A stretch of 64,000 nucleotides of DNA from Ptychomitrium polyphyllum. Taxonomy: Eukaryota. Positions 26,452-39,773 of the stretch are shown here, one piece after another (the first letter of the stretch is position 1; each line of letters starts with the position of its first letter). The translations under genes and the position numbers were made by a program. The stretch spans positions 15,500,001 through 15,564,000 of the forward strand of contig OZ316775.1 of the NCBI GenBank assembly GCA_973851085.1. The letters run 5' to 3'. Below the pieces are notes generated by a model. It searched no databases, was not told the origin of the DNA, and saw only the letters and a list, made by a program, of their open reading frames with translations.

Positions 26452-28320
26452 ATGTAGGTTCAGCCGTTTGTAGCTGTGGGATGTTACATGATTTCTTGAA
26501 ATACAGTAGTCTGTTCATAGTTGTTCATCGTAGGAACCGCTTTCATCTGCTTGGAGAATGTTCATCAAGGGTCTACAGCTGATCGAATTGCCAATGGTGA
26601 TTGGGAATCGCACGGAACCCGGGGTGTGCATGGGGGTGAATGCCATAGCGCATAGATTGTTGCCAGGAGGTTCATTTCTGGCACTAATTGTTCTCATACA
26701 ATTTGCTTTGCAAGAGTTTAGAAAGTAAATCCGGCTTCTTCACTCGCAGCAGGTGCTCAGAGCAGGGCGTGTGCTTATTCTTCAAAACCTAGATGCAAGT
26801 CTATTGAATTGAATGTTGCAGCAGCAGTACTACTGTATAGCCGTTTTTTCATGACCCTAATTGATATACTTGGGGTCCGTTTGCAACCAGCTTTCTTGTT
26901 ACAAGTGTGACATGTGTAATTAATATCGTTGTTTACGTTAGCATGAAGCTTCATTCTAGTATGCTTATGGGATGCTAATGATTGTTTTTAAATTTGGAGA
27001 GATAAATGTACATTATCCGGTTTCTCATTTAGCTTCTTATAATGACCATGCATAAACTAATTTGAGGTTCATAGATCGAATTTCAACTTCTCATGCATGC
27101 ATGCAGAAAGAACCATTCTTATTTACGAAATAATAAACTGTGCAGAATTGACATTTCTGTTCATACAGTCTCACAAGAAAGTGTACTGTACCTGTTGACA
27201 CCCAGTAAACCCAATCACCATGATTTGTCCAACGCTGTCTCTTTTACCTTTTGTCAAGATTTTGCTTTCGCTATGTTTCTTGGCCTTCTTCTGTAAACTT
27301 TTTATTATCAGAGTTTATTGGTTGCATTAACTTTACATCTGAACTTACGTTTTGTGGTTGCGTGTACCTGTCTAGAGAGTTTATAACTGTAGACAGAGGT
27401 CAGGTTCGGGATAGGGTAACGAGCATGTGAATATCCCAAGAAAGTTAGGAAAAATCTTATAACTCTACGAAGGATATAACTTTATCATGATGTATTCTTG
27501 TACTCGGTTCCAAAAAGTTTCATCATGGCTGCTAGATTGCTCAAATACATGGTGGTGGGAGGAGGTGTTGCTAGGATTGGTTTTAAACAGTAGTATTTTA
27601 ATACCATTATAAAGTTTCTATTGTTTGAGGGTGAGCGGCCAGCCCTAAGTAAAGCTTACATGTTTCCTCTAAGTAAGAACTGGGTGCATCATTTCTCCTT
27701 CATGGCCCAGCTGATATCGGTGTTCTAGCACATGATCCCATCAGTGTAGTGTGCCAGGCAGCACTTTAGAAGCTTTCTGAATGTCGTGTTAATAGTTCAT
27801 CTTATCTCTTCTTCTCTTTAGAAAAACGACCATACATCTCATTGTTACATGTGGTTCTATTGGCAATTGTCGCTGATAGCATTTGTTAATTTTATCTTCT
27901 AATAAGGATGGTTTTGTTCTGAAACAGCCCTGCTCGGCTTCAGGTTTCCATGTGTGACTGCATTACATAATTGGCTGTCAATGTCGAACCCATGTGGTAG
28001 AGGTTAGAGACACCGGGGATTTATTATCAGAGTCGCATACAAAGGACATTCTAGTATGTACCGCTAAAGGAACATACCAACAGGAGAATTGTTGCATCGG
28101 ACAAGGTCGACCTGTAATGAGTGCAGTAATCTGAGCTGATGATGTGGACAGAGTCCAAAACCATCATGACATCTCAAACATGACATAAAAAGCTTGAAGG
28201 TAATGAATCGGAGGTACCGTGCATAAGTCGGAGGGGTCTCTTGCATTCTTGTGAAGATTAAGATTAAAGTTTGCTCTTGATGAGTGTTCTCTTACATTCT
28301 GTGTTTCACCACTCAAGCAG

Positions 28321-30846
28321 ATGGCGAGCATAAAGTTGAATACTGGAGTGGTTATGCCCCCACTTTCCTTGGGCTTCGCAATGCGAGAGGATCGAATTGT
28401 TGGTGCGATCAGCTCAGCAATCGAGGTGTCCATAAATCCATCCTTGACTTATCTTGCATTGTCGAAACTGCAGCAAGAGATCTACAAAATATAACTTAAA
28501 CTTCAATCCTAAACACCTATGGGTACCCAAAGGAATTCCCAATTTTTCGAAAAAACATTTTCTTGAATATGTCTGTCAGCTGCACAAGCTACGATGCATT
28601 AAGTCTTTTTGTTTAACACAGAAAAATGTGGTTGCGGTTGTTACGAGTGCCTCGCAGATTGGTTACCGCGGTTTTGATACAGCAGACTTGTACTACACCG
28701 AGCCACTCCTAGCAGAGGCGCTTGCCAAAGCTTTCAAGGCTGAGCTGGTGCGCAGGGAGGATATGATTGTGACGACAAAGCTGGATCCCTTCGAGGACCC
28801 TGTTACTGCGTTGAAGAAAAGCCTCAGGTGGCTATTAAGCCCTTACAGTACCGCACGAAAGTTAATCTTTTTGTTCAAACCCAAATCCACTTCATCTTGT
28901 GTTCAAGAGCTCTTGTGTTCAATTGCTTGTGTTCAATTGAACACAAGATTTGTTCAAACCCAAATCCACTTGCTTGTGTTCAAGAGCTCTTTCTTTCTTC
29001 TTGTCAACTACATTGCTGTTAGCAATATCGTGGGCAACAAAGTTAATTTCAGTTTAGAAGCAATACCTGTCAGTCGTTAGGTGCGCCTATGATTTAGCTT
29101 CTGGAAGCACAATCTGGAAGCAAAATCCTTTCAGTACAGAGTCACTAAAATTTGGTGGCTGTCCGGTCAACACATTAACCTAAACTCTCGTGTAAATGTA
29201 GTGCACTGCAGCTCGGATACGTTGACCTTTATCTCGTACACGTACCTGTACACTTCAAAAAGGACACGCTTCCCAAGGAGCAAAAACCAGGGACGCCTTC
29301 CCCACTGAGGACGAGCTATGCAATATAAAGAGGAACATTCTTTTTTTCACGCCAAGGTCGGGAGACATGATCCCCATCCACAAGGAGCTTCGGCAGGAGA
29401 TGGCGAGATGCGAGGAGTTAGGCCTGGTGAAGGCCATCGGCGTGAGTAATTTCTCAATGAAAAAGATCGAGGAGCTATTAGTTCATGCCAAGATTGTACC
29501 TGCCGTGCTGTCTACTTCACATCTACGCCTCGTCTACATCTCTACCACTTTTTAGATACTTCAGCTGAGGCGTTTCTTTTCACGTCCGTCCCGAAAGCTC
29601 AATGTGCGTCTTACTTGAAGCACAAACGATCGATCTGAATAAATATCTGATCAAGGTTGGCATACATCTCGATCAGATATTTTGTCTAAGTTGTTGCTGA
29701 TTTTTTACCTGATGATAGTGCGATGTTAGCAGCGTAGTAGGAATAGAGTATAAGAGTTTCTCGCAGAGGTAACGTCATGTCTCGTAGTTTTACTTATCAC
29801 TTTACAAAACAACTATATACAGACCTACTCCAATTTTATGAAAAGCTCAGAGGAAGTCTATTGTTCCTCGTTTCCAACTATTCTGTAAACATTTGCAGTA
29901 TACTTGGGCTGTTTTGGAGTTTGCCTCTAAGCATGGTTGCTCTTTCGATAGGACGATAGTTGATCTGAATCTTGATGCGAGATCTTCTAAAATGCAGGTG
30001 AAGATGCACCCACTCTGGCGGCAGTCCAAGTTACGTGAATATTGCATAAAAAAAGGCATCCTAGTGACTGCATATTCTCCCCTTGGAGCGACTGGAAGTG
30101 TTCACGCGTCAAACGATGTCATCACAAACCCTACCATCAGCGAGATAGCCGAGAAGTATGGTAAAACGCCTGCCCAGGTCAGAATTGTTCCAAACTTGAC
30201 GTTGTTGAAGCTGCAGTAAGGCTGCAAAGACCTCTTGTCAAGTTGTCTCTCTTGTAAACTGTAGAAAGTTTGTTGTCTACCCACTGGCTCCTAGTATCTA
30301 TTCAATGGAACTCTCTTTCGCATGCAATCATGTCACTTGGGTCATACTGTACGTAACGACCGCAAGCTCAGCACTGGTTTTTCTGATGTACAACATGCCC
30401 CGAGCATGCAGGCTAGAACTAAATTATTTTTAAGAAGCTTTCCATGATACATAGAACAAAGAACAGACTGTCTATGTCATTGCGACAATGGACAGCGTAC
30501 ACTGTTAAAGTTTCTCTACGGTACCGTAGTGTCCAACTCTGGAGCAGCTTTTCCATTAAGAAACCATATATGCACATGTGTACAGGTGATACTGCAGTGG
30601 ATTCTAGGGTAAGGCCTGAGCTGCATTGTTCGAAGTTATAACAGAGGTCGGCAGCTGGTGAATTTTGAAGCGCAAGGGTGGACCCTCGGAGATGCTGATA
30701 GCCAGAGAATCGGTGGCCTTACCAACCAAAGGAAAGTCATTGACCCCAGCTGCTACTTTGACCCAGTACATGGCCCCTTCAAGACTCGGGAGGAGTTCTG
30801 GGACAATGAATGGACCGCACAGTTAAGAATCCAGGACATCGTTTGA
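28321..30846 (+). pseudogene. Aldo-keto reductase (AKR4-like) pseudogene; exons ~28321-28425, 28658-28827, 29202-~29494, 29998-30177, 30586-30846
   Basis: MASIKLNTGVVMP, GYRGFDTADLY, TTKL, YVDLYLVHVP, KAIGVSNFS, MHPLWRQ, AYSPLG, KTPAQV. A frameshift near 29257-29290 gives TAA at 29326; in-frame TAA at 30610-30612; the PAVNQ motif is altered. Confidence 0.88.
28871..28991. repeat. Intronic direct repeat (~42 bp) flanking a perfect 22-bp palindrome
   Basis: ttgttcaaacccaaatccactt...cttgtgttcaagagctctt occurs at ~28871 and ~28950; cttgtgttcaattgaacacaag (28926-28947) is self-complementary. Confidence 0.85.
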
Positions 30847-31533
30847 GATTGTTTATCGTCAAATTGGACATGGCTGTGTTTCCACCAGGATTTTCCATCC
30901 TGCTGCAGCCAGAAGCTCATCTATACCAACAATCCTGAGGCAACAACTTACTGATTTATGTTACTATATAGGAGATGTTGTGCTTTGGTTATGCTTCACC
31001 TGAAACGTCGAAAATTATTGGAATCGATCATTCAATCACATACAATTATGCAACATGCTTATCCGAGTAGATTGTATCAGGAATGGACCTGAACTGGCAA
31101 CGACTGACTTGGCCATTCTTTCTGGGTTTCTGGAAATATGAGTACTACAAAGTTACGTGTGAGATACTCCTTTGGTATTAGTTGAAAGTTTTAAAACAAG
31201 TTACTTGATACTGTACTGTACATGGTGTCCTATTTGTTTCATCATATTTTGTTATTTTTAAAAATTTTAATCATTTAAAAAATATTTGTGTCCGAATTTA
31301 CATATGCAAAAGCATTGCAATAATTATTTTTAGTGAAAATTCTTAAATCGATATATCACAGGTTACTGCAGCTTTCTTACACCTTTATGTCACCATATGC
31401 ATATTTTTGGGAACTAGGGCTTTTAGCCATCAGCAACAGATTAAAAACACATTAATGCTTGAGCAGCATCTCTTCCTGGTCACTGGAGAGCCTGTTTAGA
31501 ATGTCAACAAGCTTGATTGCAAATCAGCAGTAG

Positions 31534-31563
31534 GAAAAGAGTGAAAAGAGTGAAAAGAGTGAA
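31534..31563. repeat. (GAAAAGAGT)3 tandem repeat
   Basis: Read directly from the sequence. Confidence 0.85.
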
Positions 31564-34500
31564 GTGAAAATGAATAATATACTTATCAGATATCAAAACG
31601 GCTGTAAATATTTCCAACAAATATTTCACGAGTTACCACGGTAATTGTTATAGAAAGTTAATGTTGTAACAATATTAGTAAATAAGAAGTATCTATAAAA
31701 CATGTATTAGTAGTAATGATGTACTAATTACTTTGATAGTTTGACATTTAAGAAGAGTTTTGAAAGGCTCATATAGAACTTAAGGATGTATTATTTCAAT
31801 GTCAAAATGATGATATAATGACAGCAAGATAATTGTGTATTATAGTTTTCAAAGAATTCATGGCATTTCAACATAAAACTAATGCAAACTTAACATATTT
31901 TAAAATGACTTGAAGAAATGATAAGGTTCAAATGAATGGACATCAACCTTGTAGCAAAATGGCATGTCATATTTTGACATCAAAGTGATGTTGATAACAT
32001 TAATATCAAAATAACACTAAATTAATAATTGTTGTGAAGGTTTGCCAAATTTGATTCATTTAGAGGTAAAACATTATACAATTTCATCAAATGTGAATAT
32101 TTGTAACAATATGTGTATTTGTATATAGAAAACAATTATATACTCAATTACAAAAAATTAATTTTATATATACAACAAAATAAGATATGAAGTACAAGAA
32201 TGGATTTTTATTGATTCTTACAATCACTAGATCATTACATGTCTAAAATGCCTACTATACTATCTTGAATCTACTTAATAACTTATTATTTCATTGGCAT
32301 TACAGCCTATTAATATTAACATATATACTGATAAAAAAAACAATTAAGTCCATTGAAAAAAAACACCAAGATTGAAAGTTGACATTCTTTTATCTTGTAA
32401 ATTTTTTTTCTGCTAAGTAACTAAGGCTTGTTTTTTTTATATTCACTGCCACTTTTAATTTTTTTTGAATTGTATTAGAATTGAAATTAGAATTATACTA
32501 ATTTCAAATCAAGATGATTAACATTTAAAGTTTATATTTGAGTACTATAATATAAAATTTATTTTATAAAAGAATTGTTAAATTTTTTTACATTAAATGC
32601 AATGAAATAAATTTTTTATTGTCTTTAATAAATCAAATAAATGAAGCTACTTGGCAAAAGATTGATTTGGTTTGAACAGTGTTTTAGGTGTAGAAAATGT
32701 TTTTTTAATCATTGGAGGAGATTTACTTGTAGACTAGTGCCATTTAAATCAAAACAAAATATGAAATGATTCAATACATTGAATTGGCATTTTATTTGGA
32801 ATTCAAAAAACATTGACTTGTATATACAATATTCAAATTCCAAGCTTCTCATTAAAATTTTCATAGGCCATTGTAATAAATCTAATATAAATAACAACAT
32901 TTATCATATTATATAGCTTAATATAACAAATGTAAACATCTTTTTAGGTAGTTGTCTTATCATTTTAAATTAAAAAATTTATCTAATTTTTTCTATAATT
33001 TAATTTATTAGGTAGCAATGCTCTTTTTTCATATATAATTTTAATTTTTGAAGATTTTAAATGACCTTTAGATGCTTAATTTATCAATTGTACTTATCTC
33101 AAAATGTACCATACATAAAAAACATGTCCAACCAATAGAAATTTTAAATCAATAATGCAAATCTTTACATTTAAATGACTCAATTGCCATGAATTTATGG
33201 TAGGACCTTAATATATAGGTGTAAATATAAAGTTTAACATTAGTGATATTTACTATTGATATCATTTCCAACAATACCAATAACAAAAATAATTATACCT
33301 TAGCTTTGCATATACTTTAGTATAACTTTATTCTTTTGTTGCCCAACTTAACTCAATTATCTTTATGTTGGAATTTACAATAAGATATCAATCTATTTTC
33401 ACCATCCATTTATGATAAAATTAACTCAAGGGCACTGAAGAATTCTACACTCTAATATATAACAAGAAACATAATATGAAAGTTATACTACTCCTTGTGC
33501 CTCTATAATAGATTTCAACATTTTCTCCAAATTATTTATGTTGTTTTTTAGCCTCTTTTGTGACAAATTCTAGTTTAGGAATTCAAATCAATGTAATATT
33601 ATTAAGGTCTGGCCCTATTTTTAACTTTTCCTTCTTGGATTGATTTCTAACAAATTCTCTCATTTTAATACAAACATCTAAGATAAACCATGGTATAACT
33701 CAATTTAGATGCATATTATTATAAACTTCATCCTTATAACTAAGGTTAATACCATCACTAATACTTTACTACAAGCCACTTTGTTGTATCTAAAAGCTCA
33801 AACCAAACACATTGTTATAGAGAAAATAACATGAAATTAAGCCTTTATTTACACTAATCATAACATGACTCTTGAAAACCACATATTAAACAACTCTACC
33901 CTCTTCCAACATACATGAACTCCCTTAACACTACATCACATGAACATAATGATACCAAGAATGTAGTGTTATGTCCGAGAATGCAATTATCAATCACAAG
34001 GTTTGAGAATCTTGATTCTCACAACCTTCTCTGCAGGATCTCTTGATTTTTCTGCACACGACCTCACTAGCAGAATAGTTGTCAAAAACCAGTTCGAAGA
34101 AAACATAATTTAAATGACTCGTCTAACCTGAACTTAAAAACATGTTTTGTTCAGTTTCGAAATTTTACTCATCCAGATGCAGGCTATCCTACAGTACAAA
34201 ACTGGCCTACTAGATGACACATAACACACACACTAGACCAAGCCATTAGGCAGTATTAAATCCTTGACCATGTCTCTACGTACGTTCGTTTTATATTTGA
34301 AGCTGCAAACTTGAAAGATTCTACTGGCGGAAGGTACAAATGCAAATGATGACTTTAGTTCGTATCTTCTGAACCCATTCATAGGTGCAACTGTGAAACA
34401 CCTCGGGTCCTCGACCCGCAAAGAAAAAGCGTGAATCGTCCTCTAGGCCAGTCACTCCTAAGATATAGGAATGTTAATATGAAGATTATCCTCTGATCCA

Positions 34501-35384
34501 AAAAGCGACCAGTCGAGTTAGAGCATGTCTCTACAGACTGGAACACAATAGACCATTTCATATACCCAAAAAAATTATCTTCTGACCCTAACAATACAAA
34601 AACATAGACAGCAGCCTCATGTGTCACTCCCAATGTAAGGAGTCATTTTGTTGTTCTCTCTTTTAAAGACTCCTCAAGCGCATATTATCTTTGTTTTGTG
34701 CTTCTCCACCTTTGCTTGATTGATTGTACGGCCGGATCTCCCGACAACATCACAGCGGATGACTTCACCGTTTCAACTATTGCATTTTTGTATGAAGTCC
34801 AGAAGCTGGTCCACAAAAGCGTCGGACAGTCAGTGCATGCAAAGCGACTGTGACGCATGCCAACTGTCTTAGCAGGCTTTATTTTAAATTTATGATGCCG
34901 TAGGCGCAAAGATTACTCTAGATGTGTACTTTCACAATCAAATAATTTCATATCATACGTACGTTTTCACAAAAGGTTTCAAATTTTAACCACCCATTTG
35001 AGAAGTTATGGAACGCCCTCATTTCCTCCACATAAATGTTTTATAATGTATAGTTCATGCTTCAAAATTTCAGAGTTCATCACCTCAAGCACCATCTGAA
35101 GTGATCCTGCATGATCCAGATATGTGAGCAACTTCAACATAAAACTGAACACATCACAAGTGGCTCAGACAAAACAAGTTACAGGGACTTTGAAAAAACA
35201 TGCAAAATGGAGTCTTGTCAAAAAAATGATACTGTCAGAGCTACTTTAATACGAGAGTCCATATGTACTGTTCTTAGACTGTAGCATGACAACCACAGTA
35301 TCACTAGAAGTGTACTTCACTAAACTACAGCCACTATGCTGTTTGTTTTTCTATTATCCCTGGTCATTAGTGTGATACGATTGT

Positions 35385-35970
35385 TTGTGTACGAGTTATT
35401 TACCGGTGCATAGCGGGGCTTGTCGAATGTACCCACCGGAGAGGCTTGGGGTTAACCATCCGTTGTTTGCTGGTCTAGAACATGATAAATTCGCCGTCTT
35501 CCTCGAGGGGAATTTGTACACGATTTCTTGGCATAATGAGAGTAGGACTCTCCTGCTATTGCGTTACATTGTTGAGGAGAATACATGGAGAGAAGTGCCT
35601 GCAGTGCCCTAAAGGAAGCCTGGGTATCCGCTGTTCGTTGTTAACGGAAATTGTTTATTAATGGCGATGTGAAGGGACTTCAGATTGCACCTTCCAGTGG
35701 TAAATGTCGGCGATTCCAGCACTGCTGATTCTGACGAGGAAAAACCCATGTTTGAGAACAAGGAGGTATTGGTGAACGACAACTTAAGCAAGTTGTAATC
35801 AGAAATCCTGGGTGATGGCCTTTAGAAAATCTTTTATTAACATACCCATATGACTGAGTTGCAAAGTTACCTTTACAGACGGGTTTCCGGTTTACTTCAG
35901 ATTAAGCTGGGAAATCGGTCATTTATGATGGAAGGAGTGGATCCTTTTCTGTCTTACCAGCACATCTTTT
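35385..35970 (+). pseudogene. Kelch-type beta-propeller fragment of an F-box/kelch-like gene, disrupted
   Basis: AVFLEGNLYTISW...LLLRYIVEENTWREVPAVP*RKPGYPLFVVNGNCLLMAM* and downstream AGKSVIYDGRSGSFSVLP resemble plant F-box/kelch C-terminal blades; stops at 35610 and 35670; no F-box motif seen. Confidence 0.55.
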
Positions 35971-38406
35971 GGCAGTGATGCTCACTGATGACCTGAATAG
36001 AGTTTTGAATATGGCGTTTGAAAGGATGAGCAGTGCAATGCAGGCCTGTGCCACAAAATTTTCGGAGTTTGTATCTGTGCTGCTCTTTACCAGATACTAG
36101 GCATGGTCCATGATTCGTTTCTATTGCCTATTTGGACTTCTTGAACTTTTCTCTTCGTTTCTCCAGGAAATTGGGCCTCACATTGATCCGATGGACATTC
36201 GCACTCATCAGGCCTCGGTTTCAGCATTCAAGTGCAAGGCAAAATTATGGGGCTTCGTGAAGAAATTTAGTATCATGCAAGAAGGACGACTTCACAAATC
36301 ATTGAAATCTGGCAATGTTACAAGCTGAGTTACCTTCTTCACCAGTCAAAGTGGTTGCTTCGCACCCTTTCCTTGAGCTGTTGTGTGAACTATCGTGTGT
36401 GTTATAGTCACCTCCGACCCTCGCTAACTGGCAATTTAGAATATCCTTGAATTGCTGGTGTGTATGTCTTGTAGCAACTGGTTGTATGACCTTGGTTCCA
36501 TGAGTTGGTCAATGCAATTGGCAGAATTAGTCGCGCTAGTTGGTGACTTAGCATTCTGATAAAGTTCATTAGAGCATTATTTAGAGCTAACTATGATGGC
36601 TTCTTTGTGCACATGACGTGTGACTAGCTTTAATGAAAAAGCTGATCTGAATGTTGGCTACAAGCTATTCGACTTAAACTAATTTTTCGTTCTATTTGTG
36701 GAATGCTAGGAAGAACGAGCAGGAGAATCCTCGAGTGTGCACCCGCATGACGTACAACACTTCGAGATGAGAAATTTGCAACACAGCACTCCAGCGGCTC
36801 ATTTTGCTCATTCAGCCCGGATTGGAGATCAAACTCGCACTCATGACAAACATCCAGATGATAACAATGAGCTAGTCGCCTCTCACACAGACCTTGGTTC
36901 TCCTTAGATTCCCCCTCGAAGGGTGTTTTGGAGGCCTTTTCCGTAGGAGGTCTTGGTGGGAATCTCAGACAGCATTAGAAGCTACCTTGCATGCTGTATT
37001 TCAGAAGAGCGCTCTTAACGCCGCAGTAGAAACTGTACGAGAGGGTCAAAGTATGAGGCGTGATGATCAGAATGTGTTGTCAGACAATGACCTTATTTTG
37101 CGAATTGAGGACGAATTCTTAAGGAGCAGACAGCTATGGATATCGTTCCAAGAGATGAGGTGAGTATCAATTTGCGTTGCCACATTTGGGATTTATTTCT
37201 GATTGTACATTTGAAAGTTGAGGTTTTGATGAGAAGCTGCAAACTCTATTCTGTAACAATCATGTCACACGTTTGTGAATGTTATGTGGTATAGGTGCAT
37301 TGCGTGGAGAGTCAAAACCAGCATTAGTAACCCATTGTTGGCTGATTAGATGCCGACTTTGCCAGAGCAGAACTTCTGCTCTTATCCATGGTGGATCATG
37401 CCATTGGACCGTGCAACTCCTTCAACAAAGTTCGGAATCTTCGAAGTTGGCCACGATTCCGCATGTATCTATGAATCATCGAATCTGCCAGCGGTACACG
37501 CTGATGTGCCTTCTCGACCAGCCTAGTCGATCGTCTGACAACGTTTGAGAGCTGTCGGATCAATCGCCACCGTGCAGAGTATAACTTGGACCTTCATGCT
37601 TCTCCTCTAACAGATGGTTTTGAATCTGGTCAAGGAAACCTGGACAAAACTGAGGATATGCCATCAGTATTTTATAGATTTCAAATTCTTGCCTACATCC
37701 AGGATTCAGTCTTCCTTGCAACTTACAAATTGAATCTTATACATCAGTGCGATGCTTACTCATGGACTCGTTCTCTTCATAGCCTGAAAGTCAAAATTGG
37801 TTAAGATGAAATAATGGGAAGAAATAGGCGCCAGAAGAAAATGTTAATAGAAAGGACTTCACTGTATCTTCGATATGAACATTCCTTCCTACATTACACA
37901 TCAAATCCCCAAAGTTTGCCATTGAATTTGCAAGGAAACAGTGCACCCGAAATAAATTCCAGTCGAACACAAGAAGAATCTAGACTTGCACGGTTACTAC
38001 CCGATAAAGCTCAGTTAGACTCATTAATCGATCCGACTTCAGCGGCAGTGGGCAGAACTCAATGTAGACTAGCCGATTAGAAAACCAACTGTGATAGGAC
38101 ACATGATAGAAGCAACTTTCACAAGGCTATGTGATGATAGAGATAATCTAGGCCTTTCAATTGCCCGATTTGTATGTTTAGAATGATACGGAATTGTGAT
38201 TAACTTGTCAAGCGGTTCTCGTTTGTGACATGTGAGGGTCTACCTAACATCGTACTGCTATGGACACAACCAAGACATATTAATAATTATTCAGAGTTGA
38301 ATAAAATTGTATCAAAATTACAAAAACTGTCTACGTATACCTTTCCATCAAGAAGTGTTTTTACATCAGTTTCAAAAGATAACAAATACAACCTAGAAGC
38401 AGTGAC

Positions 38407-39773
38407 CTATAATTCTCCTCCTCTTTCACCTTGCGAAGAGGGAGCAAATATCCGTTGGAGAATATCTTTTGCCGTCCTGACAACACCCTCAAGATCGGTT
38501 GGACCTAACCGAAGAACGTCACGCAACAAGTCTCCCTCCAAAACCTCCCGTTGGATTGCCAACACACAGTTTCGGATTGCACCCTATTCCAAAACGCCAA
38601 TACACAAAGAATTAGCCCGGAAGCATATATGCAAAACGGAAAACTGGGCATACTACTGCACAGACATTCCAACAGAGCAACAGAGTAACCTTCAGCCAGA
38701 TTATCAGAAGGGCACATATATGCTCAACAAATGTAACAAAGGTGAAACACTAAAAACAAGTAAAACTCTACAAGATGCAAGTAGGAGATAATGAACGATG
38801 ATCCAGCTGCATTCTGTGAAAGAAAAAAAGGAAAGAGGAAACGGAGAGAGTTTTGATGTAAACTCACATCACTATCAAAAACAGAGAGTAAGTTGCCCAA
38901 TGCTGACTTGGCGACGGCAAAAGCTCTCGAATAGTTTCTAGCCAGCCACTGCAGGCGCTCACTATCAGATCCAAGTCGTGTAACCTCCCCTACAATTGCC
39001 GAAAGGTCAGAAAGATGACCCATGGCCTGAGAAACTCCCATTCCCCTAGCTGCAGACTGCGAGAAGACGTAATTCGTGACATAGTCCCAACTTAATGTGC
39101 CTAAGCCGGTCCACCACTGGAAACCACTTCCCACCGTGTTGGCTATATTCCTGGCCCTCTCTGCACCTGATGAACAAAACAGACAAATCGTCAATACGCA
39201 GCGGCATCACCAACCCATCATACGACTACTTTCCCAAAACACCCGTGGCAGCAACTTCAGCTACTACCACATCAAACACCTAAAATACTCCCAAAGCAGA
39301 ATTTTCAGGCTTACCTCAAGGACATTCAAAGCAGAGGCAGAAAAAATGAAAATTTGAAATGATCATAAAGAAGGCAACCCTAACGACCCTCGGGCTGAAT
39401 TCCCACTCGTGGGAGCCGTGTATTAACTTCCACAAAAGCATCAACAATTCACGAAGAAGATGAAATCCCCACACAAAAGCCCTGCGAACACCCTAAACGA
39501 AAAAAACTTGACAGATCCCAAAAGCTCCCACTCACCAGCGAGATCCCCACGCGCGAGACGAGCGGATGCAAGACGGGAAAAGAGCGCCTGCAAAGCGAGC
39601 GACAGCGAGCGCAGCGTGGCAATAACTGCTGCAGGGGCGGCCCACGCAGGACCTCCCACAGCACCCGCACCAGACGACTGATCGCTGTCGACGCCGGCGG
39701 CCGCAGACACAGAGCCCGGCACCAGCACCAGACCCAGCAGCGCGACGAGCACCAGCGCCGACAAACTCCACAT
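38407..39773 (-). CDS. Uncharacterised signal-peptide protein; exons 39773-39536, 39166-38868, 38583-38407
   Basis: Phase-consistent GT-AG junctions; N-terminus MWSLSALVLVALLGLVLVPGSVSA; helical core LSWDYVTNY...ERLQWLARNY...REVLEGDLLRDVLRLGPTDLEG; ends in GGEL*. Confidence 0.85.

Noticed and set aside
33997..34027. Imperfect hairpin as a miRNA precursor
   Set aside because: Stem of about 14 bp is too short for a plant pre-miRNA.
36700..37550. Exon-like block (ORF 36894-37163 ending at a GTGAG donor)
   Set aside because: Stops in neighbouring frames and no family recognised; a gene call cannot be supported.
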